Below, one piece after another: positions 46,754 through 56,715 of a DNA stretch of 64,000 bases. The position numbers and the translations under genes are program-made. The stretch is taken from positions 1,106 through 65,105 of the forward strand of contig DEPQ01000067.1 in the NCBI GenBank assembly GCA_002358855.1, written 5' to 3'. Numbering within the stretch: position 1 is the stretch's first letter; every line of letters starts with the position of its first letter. Under the pieces are notes generated by a model. The model did not search any database. It saw only the letters and a program-made list of their open reading frames with translations, and was not told the DNA's origin. This DNA comes from Bacteroidales bacterium UBA3388. GTDB taxonomy: Bacteria > Bacteroidota > Bacteroidia > Bacteroidales > P3.

Positions 46754-49515
46754 TTGTCGCAAAAGGAATAAAGGTTAATAATCTTAAAAATATTGATGTA
46801 AATATACCAACAAATAAGTTGGTAGTTATAATAGGCGTATCGGGAAGCGGAAAGACATCTTTAGCTTTCGATACGCTTTTTGCAGAAGGACAAAGACGTT
46901 ATGTGGAAAGTCTTTCTTCTTATGCAAGAGGATTTTTAGGTAGAATGAATAAACCCGAAGTTGAAAAGATTTCGGGTTTGTCACCTGCTATTGCAGTAGA
47001 GCAAAGAGTGATGAATAGAAATCCTCGTTCTACTGTTGGAACTACAACAGAAATTTACGAATATATTAAATTGCTTTTTGCACGCATAGGAAAAACTTAT
47101 TCTCCTATTTCAAATAAGGAAGTAAAGCGTCATAGCGTGCAAAATGTTGTAGATGAAGTTTTAGAAACTTTTGAAAATAAAAGTAAAATACTTGTTGTTT
47201 CTCCTTTGAAACTAAAAGCAGAGGAAAATTTAAGGGAGAAATTAGAACTTCTAATACAATTAGGATATGTAAGAATAATAATAGAGGGAAAAATTCATAG
47301 AATAGAAGATGTATTAGAAGAAAAGAAATTAAAGCTTAAAGAAATAGATTTGTTAATCGATAGATTGACAATAGAAAAAAATAACGATGAAATTTATATG
47401 CGACTATCCGATTCGGTGCATACGGCATTTAACGAATCAGATGGTTTTTGCGATATTATAAATGTAGAAGACGAAGAGGTGTTTCATTATTCTAATCGTT
47501 TTGAGGCCGATGGAATAACTTTTGTAAAGCCTTCTGCAAACTTTTTTTCTTTTAATAATCCTTACGGAGCCTGCAAAACTTGTTCTGGTTCTGGTCAAAT
47601 TGAGGGAATATCTGAAGACTTAGTAATCACACGTCCAGATTTATCTGTTTATGATGGTGTGGTAAATTGTTGGAAAGGGGAGATTATGAAAAAATTTCAA
47701 AAGGATTTCATCAATCAAGCCTTTGAAAAATTCCCTATACACAAGCCTTATAATCAATTAACTGAACAACAAAAGGATTTTCTTTGGAATGCAAAAGGAA
47801 AAGTGACAGGAATAAATCAGTTTTTTGAGTATGTAAAATCAGAAAGTTATAAAATACAATATAGAGTCTTGCTTTCTCGCTATACAGGTCGCACAACTTG
47901 TCCTGATTGCAAAGGAACAAGACTTAGAAAAGATGCTTCGTATGTGAAAATAGCAGGAAAGTCGATCATAGACTTGATGTTATTGCCGGTAGATGAACTC
48001 TTAGAATTTTTTGTTAATCTAAAACTCACCGAATACGAAGAAAAAGTTTCGCAACGTCTTCTTATAGAAATTAAAACCCGCTTAAACTATCTTATAGAAG
48101 TAGGTTTGGGTTATTTAACCCTTAATAGACAAAGTTCAACCCTTTCGGGAGGCGAGAGTCAGCGTATTTCGCTCGCAACTTCCTTAGGAAGTCCGCTTGT
48201 AGGCAGTATGTATATTTTAGATGAGCCTACAATAGGTTTGCATACTTGCGATACGCAAAGATTGATTGGTGTTTTGCTGAAATTAAGAGACTTAGGTAAT
48301 ACAGTAATTGTTGTAGAACACGATGAGGAAGTAATAAAAGCAGCGGATTATATAGTAGATATTGGTCCGTTTGCAGGACAAAAGGGAGGAGAAGTGGTGT
48401 TTAGTGGGGAGTATAGCAAGATGTTAGAAAGTGCTTCTACACTTACTTCTCAATTTATAAAAGGAGAGCGTACAATTCCTTTACCTGAGTCGGTTAGAAA
48501 ATGGAAAGAGTTTATTCAAATTGATAATATAACTGAAAATAATCTTAAAGGAGTTAGTTTAAAACTTCCTTTGAAAGTAAAAACCGTTATTTGCGGAGTT
48601 TCAGGCTCTGGAAAAACAACGCTTGTTCGCAAAGCCTTATTGCCAAACATTCAAGGTCATCTTGGATTGTCTATGGATTGTGTGCCAAAGAGTTCTCCGA
48701 TTACAGGTTCTTTGAATTTACTTGAAGCAGTTGAGATGGTAGATCAAAATCCTATTGGTCGCTCTTCGCGATCTAATCCCGCAACTTATCTTGGTGCTTT
48801 TGACGAAATCCGAACCTTATTTTCGGAACAACCTCTTGCAAAAAAACGTGGATTAAAGCCTGGTTATTTTTCTTTTAACACCGAAGGCGGTCGCTGTGAG
48901 GCGTGTAAAGGAGAGGGAAGTGTTACAATCTCAATGCAATTTATGGCAGACGTTGTCTTAGAGTGCGAACACTGTAAAGGAAAACGTTATAAAGAAGAAG
49001 CACTTGAAGTAAAATATCGTGAAAAAAGCATTTTTGATGTTTTAGATATGACAATAGATGAGGCTTACGAGTTTTTCTCAGAAGATAGTAATAATTTGTG
49101 CAAACGAATTTCTCAAAAAATCTATTCACTCATAAAGGTAGGGTTAGGATACTTAAAATTAGGACAAAGTTCCGCTACTTTATCGGGTGGAGAGGCTCAA
49201 AGAATAAAATTAGCTTACTTTTTATCAAAAGGAAATACTGAAAAAAAGACTGTTTTCATTTTTGACGAACCTTCAACAGGCTTACATTTTTATGATATTC
49301 TAAAACTTAATCAATCCTTTGATGAATTGGTTAATTTAGGGCATAGTGTTGTGATTATAGAACATAATTTAGATATAATAAAAACAGCAGATTGGCTGAT
49401 AGAATTAGGTCCAGAAGGTGGAAAAAAAGGAGGGAATATCATCTTTGAAGGAAAACCGCAATCCTTAATCAAAGAAGATACCCCTACTTCTAAGTATTTG
49501 AAAGATAAATTTTAG
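46750..49515 (+). CDS. uvrA: Excinuclease ABC subunit A (UvrA-family; zinc-module-1 ligands absent)
   Basis: Two ABC modules ([14 protein letters not shown] / [12 protein letters not shown]; [10 protein letters not shown] / [12 protein letters not shown]). CxxC pairs ACKTCSGSG...CPDCKG and [11 protein letters not shown]...CEHCKG. Confidence 0.9.
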   Translation: MIVAKGIKVNNLKNIDVNIPTNKLVVIIGVSGSGKTSLAFDTLFAEGQRRYVESLSSYARGFLGRMNKPEVEKISGLSPAIAVEQRVMNRNPRSTVGTTTEIYEYIKLLFARIGKTYSPISNKEVKRHSVQNVVDEVLETFENKSKILVVSPLKLKAEENLREKLELLIQLGYVRIIIEGKIHRIEDVLEEKKLKLKEIDLLIDRLTIEKNNDEIYMRLSDSVHTAFNESDGFCDIINVEDEEVFHYSNRFEADGITFVKPSANFFSFNNPYGACKTCSGSGQIEGISEDLVITRPDLSVYDGVVNCWKGEIMKKFQKDFINQAFEKFPIHKPYNQLTEQQKDFLWNAKGKVTGINQFFEYVKSESYKIQYRVLLSRYTGRTTCPDCKGTRLRKDASYVKIAGKSIIDLMLLPVDELLEFFVNLKLTEYEEKVSQRLLIEIKTRLNYLIEVGLGYLTLNRQSSTLSGGESQRISLATSLGSPLVGSMYILDEPTIGLHTCDTQRLIGVLLKLRDLGNTVIVVEHDEEVIKAADYIVDIGPFAGQKGGEVVFSGEYSKMLESASTLTSQFIKGERTIPLPESVRKWKEFIQIDNITENNLKGVSLKLPLKVKTVICGVSGSGKTTLVRKALLPNIQGHLGLSMDCVPKSSPITGSLNLLEAVEMVDQNPIGRSSRSNPATYLGAFDEIRTLFSEQPLAKKRGLKPGYFSFNTEGGRCEACKGEGSVTISMQFMADVVLECEHCKGKRYKEEALEVKYREKSIFDVLDMTIDEAYEFFSEDSNNLCKRISQKIYSLIKVGLGYLKLGQSSATLSGGEAQRIKLAYFLSKGNTEKKTVFIFDEPSTGLHFYDILKLNQSFDELVNLGHSVVIIEHNLDIIKTADWLIELGPEGGKKGGNIIFEGKPQSLIKEDTPTSKYLKDKF

Positions 49516-49517
49516 AC

Positions 49518-50354
49518 TTAGTATTTTTGAATATCGATTAACCTAACGCCATCTAACCACACAGCAACACAACCTACCATTTTATTTTCGCCTTTTACCT
49601 TTACAGGTTGCAAAGTTACTGCATCAACAATCTCAAAATACTCCAAAGTAAATTCTTTCCTCATTTTAAATTCTCCTTCTACATATCCTTTTACTTGCGA
49701 AACAGAAAGAGTTTTCATCAATGAAGCAGATTTTAAAAGAATTTCATGAATTTTTGGTGCAATTAGGCGAGCCTCAGGCGATAAACGTCTGTTTCGAGAA
49801 CTTGTTGCTAAGCCATCTTCATCTCTATAAATAGAACATTCCACTATTTCAATAGGAATAGAAAATTGTTTAACTAAATCTTTTACTATTGCAACTTGTT
49901 GATAGTCTTTTTCACCGAAATATGCTCTGTCTGCTTTTGACCAATTGAATAATTTATGAACAATAGTTGCTACTCCGTTGAAATGTCCAGGGCGTTGTGG
50001 ACCTTCCAAAACGCTTTCTAAACTTCCAAAATTGTAAGTAAATTCTGGCGTTTCTTTATAAACTTCTTCTGCACTTGGAGCAAAGACAAAATCACAATTT
50101 ACACTCTCTAACGAAGCCAAATCGCCCTCTAAGTCTCTTGGATAAGTCTCTAAATCTTCTTTGTTGTTAAATTGAATAGGGTTTACAAACACACTGCAAA
50201 TCAAAACATCATTTTCATTTTTTGCTCTTTTGGCTAAGGATAAGTGTCCTTGATGTAAAGCCCCCATTGTTGGCAAAAGGCCAATTGTTTTCTTTTCTTG
50301 CTTTAATTTATCTACACAAGATAATAATTCATCTATTGTATAACAAACTTGCAT
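49518..50354 (-). CDS. panC: Pantoate--beta-alanine ligase
   Basis: PTMGALHQGHLSL (HxGH) and the SSRN motif (ATSSRNRRL). Confidence 0.95.
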   Translation of the reverse strand: MQVCYTIDELLSCVDKLKQEKKTIGLLPTMGALHQGHLSLAKRAKNENDVLICSVFVNPIQFNNKEDLETYPRDLEGDLASLESVNCDFVFAPSAEEVYKETPEFTYNFGSLESVLEGPQRPGHFNGVATIVHKLFNWSKADRAYFGEKDYQQVAIVKDLVKQFSIPIEIVECSIYRDEDGLATSSRNRRLSPEARLIAPKIHEILLKSASLMKTLSVSQVKGYVEGEFKMRKEFTLEYFEIVDAVTLQPVKVKGENKMVGCVAVWLDGVRLIDIQKY

Positions 50355-50366
50355 AACTGATATATA

Positions 50367-50870
50367 TTATTTATTGATTATTTCTTCATCATTTTCTTCT
50401 TCAACCTCTTCGTAAGATGTAAATTCTTCATTTTCTTCTATTTGATTCTCATTTTGAGGTGTGAGATTCTTTTTAATTCTCTGTATTTTATTTGGTAATT
50501 CCAATAAGAAATTGATTATAGTGATTACAATGCTAAACCAAAATGCGTCAGAAAAACTCTCAACCCTAAAATCGCTTACCAAACGTGAAGTTAAAAGAAT
50601 GATAAACGCATTTATAAAAAGTTGAAACAATCCAAAACTCATAAGAATCAAAGGAGCAGATAAAAGTTTTAAAATAGGTTTCAAAAAAGAGTTGAGTAAA
50701 CTAATCACAAGAGCTGAAATAATAGCAGTAGTAAAAGAACTGATTTGCACAAAGTTAAATAGATAACTCGCAATCAAAACAGAAATAGACATAATTAAAA
50801 CCTTAATCCAAAATCTGCCTTTGATTGGAGAAGGAGAATCATCATTCAAGTTAATTTTATAAGCTTTCAT
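50367..50870 (-). CDS. Four-TM membrane protein of the phage-holin-4 (YvlD/DUF360-like) family with acidic C-terminal tail
   Basis: Four hydrophobic helices (PLILMSFGLFQLFINAFIILLTSRLV). C-terminal NENQIEENEEFTSYEEVEEENDEEIINK. Confidence 0.6.
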   Translation of the reverse strand: MKAYKINLNDDSPSPIKGRFWIKVLIMSISVLIASYLFNFVQISSFTTAIISALVISLLNSFLKPILKLLSAPLILMSFGLFQLFINAFIILLTSRLVSDFRVESFSDAFWFSIVITIINFLLELPNKIQRIKKNLTPQNENQIEENEEFTSYEEVEEENDEEIINK

Positions 50871-50890
50871 TTTTATCTTTATTTAAATTG

Positions 50891-50898
50891 CAAATATA
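50891..50898 (-). promoter_or_regulatory. -7 box (TATATTTG) for the holin-4-family gene / panC
   Basis: Reverse complement of CAAATATA. 20 nt upstream of the start at 50870. Confidence 0.45.
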
Positions 50899-50945
50899 CA
50901 ATCCTTTTTTCAAAGAAAAAAACTTAGTTTTTTGAAAAATGTTCG

Positions 50946-50953
50946 TACATTTG
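50946..50953 (+). promoter_or_regulatory. -7 box (TACATTTG) for fabG
   Basis: TAnnTTTG followed by CAAA. 30 nt upstream of the ATG at 50984. Confidence 0.5.
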
Positions 50954-50983
50954 CAAAAAAACTAAACAAAAAATAAATTAGAA

Positions 50984-51730
50984 ATGAAATTACTTGAAGA
51001 AAAAGTTGCCCTAATTACAGGAGCATCTCGTGGAATTGGAAAAGCAATAGCTTTGGAATTTGCAAAACAAGGCTGTAATATAGCGTTCACTGATGTAAGA
51101 GAAGATGAAAATATGAAGGCTTGTGAAGCTGAATTAATAGCATTGGGTGTTAAAGCAAAAGGATACGCTTCTAATGCAGCATCATTTGAAGATAGTGCTT
51201 TACTTGTAGAAAACATAGTAAAGGAATTTGGTAGAATAGACGTATTAGTAAACAACGCAGGTATTACAAGAGACAATTTGTTGATGAGAATGACAGAACA
51301 AGATTGGGACTTAGTAATAAATGTGAACTTAAAAAGTATATTTAACCTTACACACGCTTGTCAAAAGATAATGTTGAAACAAAGAAGCGGTTCAATAATC
51401 AATATGAGTAGCGTTGTAGGAGTTAGCGGTAATGCAGGACAAAGCAATTACTCAGCATCAAAGGCAGGAATCATAGGATTCACTAAGAGTATCGCCAAAG
51501 AATTAGGCTCACGCAACATTCGTTGTAACGCAATCGCACCAGGATTTATCATAACCGATATGACAGCTCAACTTTCAGAAGAAGTAAGAAAAGGTTGGGA
51601 AGAAAAAATTCCATTAAGAAGAGGAGGAAAACCAGAAGAAGTAGCAAAAGCATGTGTTTTCTTAGCATCTGATTTAAGCTCTTATGTAAGTGGACAAGTA
51701 ATCCACGTTTGCGGAGCGATGAATTGTTAA
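50984..51730 (+). CDS. fabG: 3-oxoacyl-[acyl-carrier-protein] reductase
   Basis: TGASRGIGKAIA, NNAG, and catalytic YSASKAG. Confidence 0.9.
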   Translation: MKLLEEKVALITGASRGIGKAIALEFAKQGCNIAFTDVREDENMKACEAELIALGVKAKGYASNAASFEDSALLVENIVKEFGRIDVLVNNAGITRDNLLMRMTEQDWDLVINVNLKSIFNLTHACQKIMLKQRSGSIINMSSVVGVSGNAGQSNYSASKAGIIGFTKSIAKELGSRNIRCNAIAPGFIITDMTAQLSEEVRKGWEEKIPLRRGGKPEEVAKACVFLASDLSSYVSGQVIHVCGAMNC

Positions 51731-51757
51731 TAAATATAAACAAAAAAATAAATATAT

Positions 51758-52960
51758 ATGAAAAAATTTGATCCAGCAACAGCAATCAGCGCTGTTCAAA
51801 GCATTTCAACAGAAAGAGGAGTGAATCCTAATATAAACGATTCAGCAACCTTTACATTCCCTTACGGACAAACAATGACAGATACTTTCCACGGAGAAAC
51901 AGAAGGATATTACCTATATTCACGTCATTGGAATCCATCAAACTTCGCATTATGTCAAGCATTGGCAGCAATGGAAGGTACAGAAGCAGCTTGGGTTACA
52001 GGCTCTGGAATGGCTGCAATCACATGTTCTTTAATGCACTTCTTGAAAGCAGGAGATCACTGCGTAGCTTCTCAAACAGTTTATGGAGGAACATTTGCAT
52101 TTTTAAAGAATTATATCGTAAAATACGGAGTTGAAGTAACTTTTGTAGACACAACAAACCTTGAAGAAGTAAAAGCAGCAATGCGTCCTAATACAAAAGT
52201 TGTTTATACAGAGTTAATGTCAAATCCTTTGTTAAGAATAGCAAACATAGCTGGCTTAAAAGAAATAGCATCTAACGGAGGAGCAAAATTATTAGTAGAT
52301 AATACATTTACACCAATGATATTCTCTCCATATAAATTAGGAGCAGACGTTGTAATCTACTCAATGACAAAATTTGTTAATGGAAAGAATGACTGTGTAG
52401 CAGGAGCAATCTGTGCAGACGCTGCAACAATCAACGCAATGATAGATGTAAATGACGGAACAGCAATGTTATTAGGACCAGTGTTAGATTCTTTCCGTTC
52501 AACTTCTATTTTGAAAAATCTTTACACATTACACATTCGTATGCAACAACACTCTAAGAATGCAGCATACCTTTCTAAGAGATTTAACGAAATAGGAATA
52601 AAAGCAAACTATCCAGGAAATGAAGATCATATAGATCACGCTTTAATGACTGCTCAAATGAACGAAGGATATGGCTACGGTGGAATGATAGCTATTGACC
52701 TTGGAACAGCAGAACGTGCAAATCAATTCATGGAAGCAATGCAAAACAAAGGAGTTGGTTACTTAGCAGTATCATTAGGCTACTTCCGTACATTATTCTC
52801 TTGCTCAGGAAAATCAACATCATCAGAAGTACCAGAAGAAGTACAAAAGAAAATGGGTATGAGCGAAGGTTTAGTTCGTTACTCAGTAGGTTTGGATAAC
52901 GATATGGAACATACATTCCAACTAATTCAAGAAGCATTAAAAGAAATTAACTTTATCTAA
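51758..52960 (+). CDS. Cys/Met-metabolism PLP-dependent enzyme (methionine gamma-lyase / sulfhydrylase-like)
   Basis: YSRHWNPS and the PLP-lysine segment SMTKFVNGKND. Fold-type I length of 400 aa. Confidence 0.8.
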   Translation: MKKFDPATAISAVQSISTERGVNPNINDSATFTFPYGQTMTDTFHGETEGYYLYSRHWNPSNFALCQALAAMEGTEAAWVTGSGMAAITCSLMHFLKAGDHCVASQTVYGGTFAFLKNYIVKYGVEVTFVDTTNLEEVKAAMRPNTKVVYTELMSNPLLRIANIAGLKEIASNGGAKLLVDNTFTPMIFSPYKLGADVVIYSMTKFVNGKNDCVAGAICADAATINAMIDVNDGTAMLLGPVLDSFRSTSILKNLYTLHIRMQQHSKNAAYLSKRFNEIGIKANYPGNEDHIDHALMTAQMNEGYGYGGMIAIDLGTAERANQFMEAMQNKGVGYLAVSLGYFRTLFSCSGKSTSSEVPEEVQKKMGMSEGLVRYSVGLDNDMEHTFQLIQEALKEINFI

Positions 52961-52981
52961 AAATAAAACGCTGATTCAAAA

Positions 52982-53037
52982 AAATAAATCAAAGAAAAAT
53001 TTAATTTTTTCTTTGATTTATTTTTTTTATTTCTTTC
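52982..53037. repeat. 42-nt perfect palindromic element plus inverted unit; copy 2 (identical 42 nt)
   Basis: Positions 52982-53023 are identical to 43090-43131. Similarity continues for about 20 nt with one indel. Lies between convergent gene ends. Confidence 0.9.
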
Positions 53038-53047
53038 ATTTTTTTCC

Positions 53048-55120
53048 TTATATCTTTCCCCAATATTTTCTTAAAAACCATTCTGTTGAGAAACAAAGGA
53101 TAATTATAAACCAATACCAAAATGTGTTGATTAACTTGTGGTTTGATTCTATTTTATGAATGATTGGTTTGGCGTCTTCTTGGTTATCTAATATTTTTTC
53201 TAAGTCTTGCATTTGTGAAGGGTAGAGTAGTTTTCCGTTTGTTTTGACTGAAAGGGTGTAAAGTAAATCGTGTTTCGCTACAAGGTCGATTGATTCTAAT
53301 TCGTTTGCGGAAATTATAAAGCTTCCTTCGGTTTTGTAGTCTAATCCTCCAAAATTTGTAGTTGCAGTAAAGTTATATTTTCCTGGATCAAGTTCTGAAA
53401 TTTCTAAGGCGTAGGCGTTAGACGTTTTTGTGAAGATATAGTCGTATTTATCACCGTTTTCATTCTTTAAGTTTATCTTTACTTCTGGTGTGTTAATCAA
53501 TTGATATGATTGGTTGTAGAGTTCTGCTTCTAATCTTATTTTTTGATTTTGATTATAGATGTTTTCGTGTTTTATTTTAAAGGTACTTTTGTCCTTATCG
53601 CTAACAAGATATTGAATTGTCTTGCTAATGATTTCATCAACCTGCTCTGTTGTGTTTTTATGTAAATAATTTCTTAAACGCCATTTCCAAATATCTTCTC
53701 CACAGATTGTTGCTGATTTGTTTTCTGCATTATTGTTAAAACAAATCAAAGGATAATCTGTTTTAAGAGTGTTTTGTGTTTGGTAAAACAATGTTTGAAC
53801 GCCTTGTGATAGGTCAAATTTAGCCAAAGGTGAAGAAAGGGGTGGAAGTTGCGAGAGAATATCTATTGATTCTTGGCTAAGAGAAAATAAAGAAAAGTCT
53901 TTGTTGAATTGAGGTAAAGCAGGAGTTTGAGATGTTTTGTTATAAGCATTTATTTTTACTCCATTATTAAGTTTATTCAGTAGGTTAAAGTCTGTTCTCT
54001 TTCCAATAATGTAGAGGATAGGTGTAGAGTTTTCTTGAAATCTTCTAATGATTTCATAACTCTCTTTATCGTATGGTAATTGGTGAGCAATCAAAAGATT
54101 AACCTCATTTTGTTGTGGTAATTCTTTAAAGTTAGAAATGTTAATGAGGTTATAGTTTTTATTTTTGTTTATACTCTGTCTTAAAGATGAGATATCAGGG
54201 TGAGGGCCTGCAGAAATAAAAACTATATTCTTACGAGAGTCTAATATTTTTACAAAAAATTCTCTTTTATTGTTTTCAATATTTATTTCATCTTTTAGTT
54301 TCGTTACGTTGATTGTAAAAGATTGTACACCAGTTTCAAGAGATGTGAATGTTGTAGCAAAATCTAAGAAAAAATCTTCTTGGTTTATGGTGATTTCTTT
54401 GCTGAAAATGTTTTTCCCTTTATGAATTAAATCAATTCTTACTTTCTCATTTTTTGCTTTTTTTGCTTTTATGCTGATTTCTAATGGGCAAATATCTTCG
54501 GTATATGATATATCGTTGTAACGAATTGAAGAAATGCTTACGTCTTTTTGTGTGTTTGTGTCTCCGAGTGCTATTGTGTAGATAGGACAAGGGTTTCTGT
54601 CAAGCATATTCAAAGGATTTTTTCCATAGTTGTTTATTCCGTCAGAAGCAATTATTATTGCAGAAAGATTTTGATTAAAATACTCGTCTTGAATTGTGTT
54701 TAATAAATCTGAAAAATCAGTTTGGTAATCCTTGAAATCAAAGGAAGAATTTTCTTTTGTTTCGCTTCCGAATGAGTAAAGTTTTACTTCAAAGTTTTTA
54801 TTTAAAGACTTTGATAATGAATTTAATGATTTGAGATATTCATTTGAATAAAATAGTGAATCTTTTGTCTTGATTATTGAAGCGGAATTATCTTGTGCAA
54901 TTACAATTATTGGTTTTTCTATTTTGTTTTTAGAGGTTTTAACAATAGGATTAAGCAGTAAAAAAAGTAATAAAGAGATTGCTAATCCTCTTAATGAAAA
55001 AAGAATAATGGATTGTTGTTTTGAGAAAGATTCTTGCTTGTATAGATATACAAACCATGATATTGCAAATGCAAAAACAAGAATTGGAATTAACCACCAA
55101 AGAGAATAATCTGTGAACAT
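53048..55120 (-). CDS. Membrane-anchored vWA-like protein with BatA-type N-terminal double-TM domain
   Basis: N-terminus MFTDYSLWWLIPILVFAFAISWFVY...LLLFLLLNPI. MIDAS-like IAQDNSASI. C-terminal TM FWYWFIIILCF. Confidence 0.6.
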   Translation of the reverse strand: MFTDYSLWWLIPILVFAFAISWFVYLYKQESFSKQQSIILFSLRGLAISLLLFLLLNPIVKTSKNKIEKPIIVIAQDNSASIIKTKDSLFYSNEYLKSLNSLSKSLNKNFEVKLYSFGSETKENSSFDFKDYQTDFSDLLNTIQDEYFNQNLSAIIIASDGINNYGKNPLNMLDRNPCPIYTIALGDTNTQKDVSISSIRYNDISYTEDICPLEISIKAKKAKNEKVRIDLIHKGKNIFSKEITINQEDFFLDFATTFTSLETGVQSFTINVTKLKDEINIENNKREFFVKILDSRKNIVFISAGPHPDISSLRQSINKNKNYNLINISNFKELPQQNEVNLLIAHQLPYDKESYEIIRRFQENSTPILYIIGKRTDFNLLNKLNNGVKINAYNKTSQTPALPQFNKDFSLFSLSQESIDILSQLPPLSSPLAKFDLSQGVQTLFYQTQNTLKTDYPLICFNNNAENKSATICGEDIWKWRLRNYLHKNTTEQVDEIISKTIQYLVSDKDKSTFKIKHENIYNQNQKIRLEAELYNQSYQLINTPEVKINLKNENGDKYDYIFTKTSNAYALEISELDPGKYNFTATTNFGGLDYKTEGSFIISANELESIDLVAKHDLLYTLSVKTNGKLLYPSQMQDLEKILDNQEDAKPIIHKIESNHKLINTFWYWFIIILCFSTEWFLRKYWGKI

Positions 55121-55124
55121 ATTG

Positions 55125-55838
55125 TTATGCTATTCCTCTTTCTTTTTTAATTTTTTCGTAAGCGTTAGTTATTTCTTGGAATTTCTCTTTTGCGGCTTGT
55201 TGTGCTTGCTCTCCTAAACTTGCAACTTTGTCAGGGTGATATTTTATGCACATTTTTTTATAGGCTTTTTTAACTTCTTCATCAGAGGCTTCTTTTGAAA
55301 TTTGCAAAATAACGTAAGCAGAATCTGTTTGTTCAAAATACATTGCCTCAATTGTCTTATAATCAGCGATAGAAAGACCTATTAAATTAGCAATTCTTGA
55401 AATTAAATTTTTTTCTACTTCAGAACATAAACTATCTGCACAAGCTATTCCAAAAAGATAATGTACTAATTGAAGTTTTGATGAATAAGGAATTGAAAGT
55501 CTTATTTTTTCGCAAGCTTGATAAAGATCGATTTCTTTGTCTAATAGTTGTCTGAGAATATCTAATTTGTTTCTTGCGCTATCTTCTCCAAAATTTTTAA
55601 TCAAAAAGCTTTTTACAAATGAAAGTTCTGATTTCATTATTTTTCCATCAGCTTTCATTATAGCGGCAGAAAGAATTAACAAAGCCATTGTAAAATCGCC
55701 TCGTTCTTCTCCTTGATTGTATTCTTTTTTTACAAGTTTTTCAAGTAGTGAACCTACACCGTATCCAATTATACCGCCAAATATTCCTCCTCCCATTATG
55801 AATCCGAATATACTGGCAACCCATTTTATAATACCCAT
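55125..55838 (-). CDS. DjlA-like co-chaperone (TM anchor + TerB-like domain + C-terminal J domain)
   Basis: Gly-rich N-terminal TM, TerB-like middle region, and a J domain with AYKKMCIKYHPDKV. Confidence 0.75.
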   Translation of the reverse strand: MGIIKWVASIFGFIMGGGIFGGIIGYGVGSLLEKLVKKEYNQGEERGDFTMALLILSAAIMKADGKIMKSELSFVKSFLIKNFGEDSARNKLDILRQLLDKEIDLYQACEKIRLSIPYSSKLQLVHYLFGIACADSLCSEVEKNLISRIANLIGLSIADYKTIEAMYFEQTDSAYVILQISKEASDEEVKKAYKKMCIKYHPDKVASLGEQAQQAAKEKFQEITNAYEKIKKERGIA

Positions 55839-55864
55839 ACTTACTTTTGCGTTATAAATTCGTG

Positions 55865-55872
55865 CAAAGATA
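55865..55872 (-). promoter_or_regulatory. -7 box (TATCTTTG) for the DjlA-like gene
   Basis: Reverse complement of CAAAGATA. 26 nt upstream of the start at 55838. Confidence 0.4.
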
Positions 55873-55894
55873 CAAATTAACTCTTAAAATGTTT

Positions 55895-55902
55895 TATCTT
55901 TG
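55895..55902 (+). promoter_or_regulatory. -7 box (TATCTTTG) for the ZIP transporter gene
   Basis: TAnnTTTG followed by CAAA. 25 nt upstream of the ATG at 55928. Confidence 0.5.
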
Positions 55903-55927
55903 CAAAATAAATAGAGTTTTTTTTGAT

Positions 55928-56695
55928 ATGAATACTATTATCATTTCTTATTTAGTACTATTTTTTGCCTGTATTTTGAGCGGGTGTTTTGTCTTTGTCT
56001 TAAAAAAGCATGAGAAGATTTTATCGTATATAGGAATTTTTGGAGGGGCTTTCTTGTTGGCTGTGTGTTTTGTACATTTGCTTCCTGAGGCTATTGGTTT
56101 GCAAGGTGAAATTCATAGTTGTGCTCATCATTCTCACGAGCATAATCATTCGCATTCTTTTTTGAGTGTTGGATTGTTCGTGTTGATTGGATTTATATTG
56201 CAATTGGTTTTGGAATTGCTTTCAAATGGGGCAGAGCATGGTCATTTGCACGATGAAAATCATTGTTGTGAAAAAAAATCTCTTGTTTCTGCATTGATGA
56301 TTCTTTTAGGTGTCTCAATACATGCTTTTTTGGAAGGATTTGCTCTTGTAGTTAATGGAGAAATCAATCATTCTTTGCTAATAGGTGTAGTGTTGCATAA
56401 TATTCCTATTTCAATGCTCGTTGTAAATGCGTTTATGCTTGCTGGTGTTGCTAAGATAAAATCTTTTGGATATTTGTCTGTGTTTGCAATAATGGGCGTT
56501 TTAGGTTCGGTATTAAGTATTTATTTTGATTTTTTGCATCATTATATGGGTTATGTAATAGGTTTTGTTGTCGGTATTTTACTTCACGTTTCTATTAGTA
56601 CATTATTTGACTCAAAGGAAAGTCATAAATATAATTTTGTCCGTTTTGTAGTTGTGATAATCGCATTTGCCTTAGCGATTGTTTTGTCTCACTAA
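55928..56695 (+). CDS. ZIP-family divalent metal transporter
   Basis: His-rich loop HSCAHHSHEHNHSH plus HAFLEGFAL and HNIPISM. ATG at 55928 is chosen because the track ORF starts at a TTG inside a promoter-like box. Confidence 0.8.
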   Translation: MNTIIISYLVLFFACILSGCFVFVLKKHEKILSYIGIFGGAFLLAVCFVHLLPEAIGLQGEIHSCAHHSHEHNHSHSFLSVGLFVLIGFILQLVLELLSNGAEHGHLHDENHCCEKKSLVSALMILLGVSIHAFLEGFALVVNGEINHSLLIGVVLHNIPISMLVVNAFMLAGVAKIKSFGYLSVFAIMGVLGSVLSIYFDFLHHYMGYVIGFVVGILLHVSISTLFDSKESHKYNFVRFVVVIIAFALAIVLSH

Positions 56696-56715
56696 ATTCA
56701 GAAAAAAGATAGTAA

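Noticed and set aside
50367-50870. Holin-family membrane protein as a marker of a prophage or lysis cassette.
   Set aside because: There is no endolysin, spanin, terminase, integrase or any other phage gene nearby. The gene sits between panC and fabG under an ordinary promoter. This family (YvlD/DUF360-like) is widespread as a chromosomal housekeeping membrane protein.
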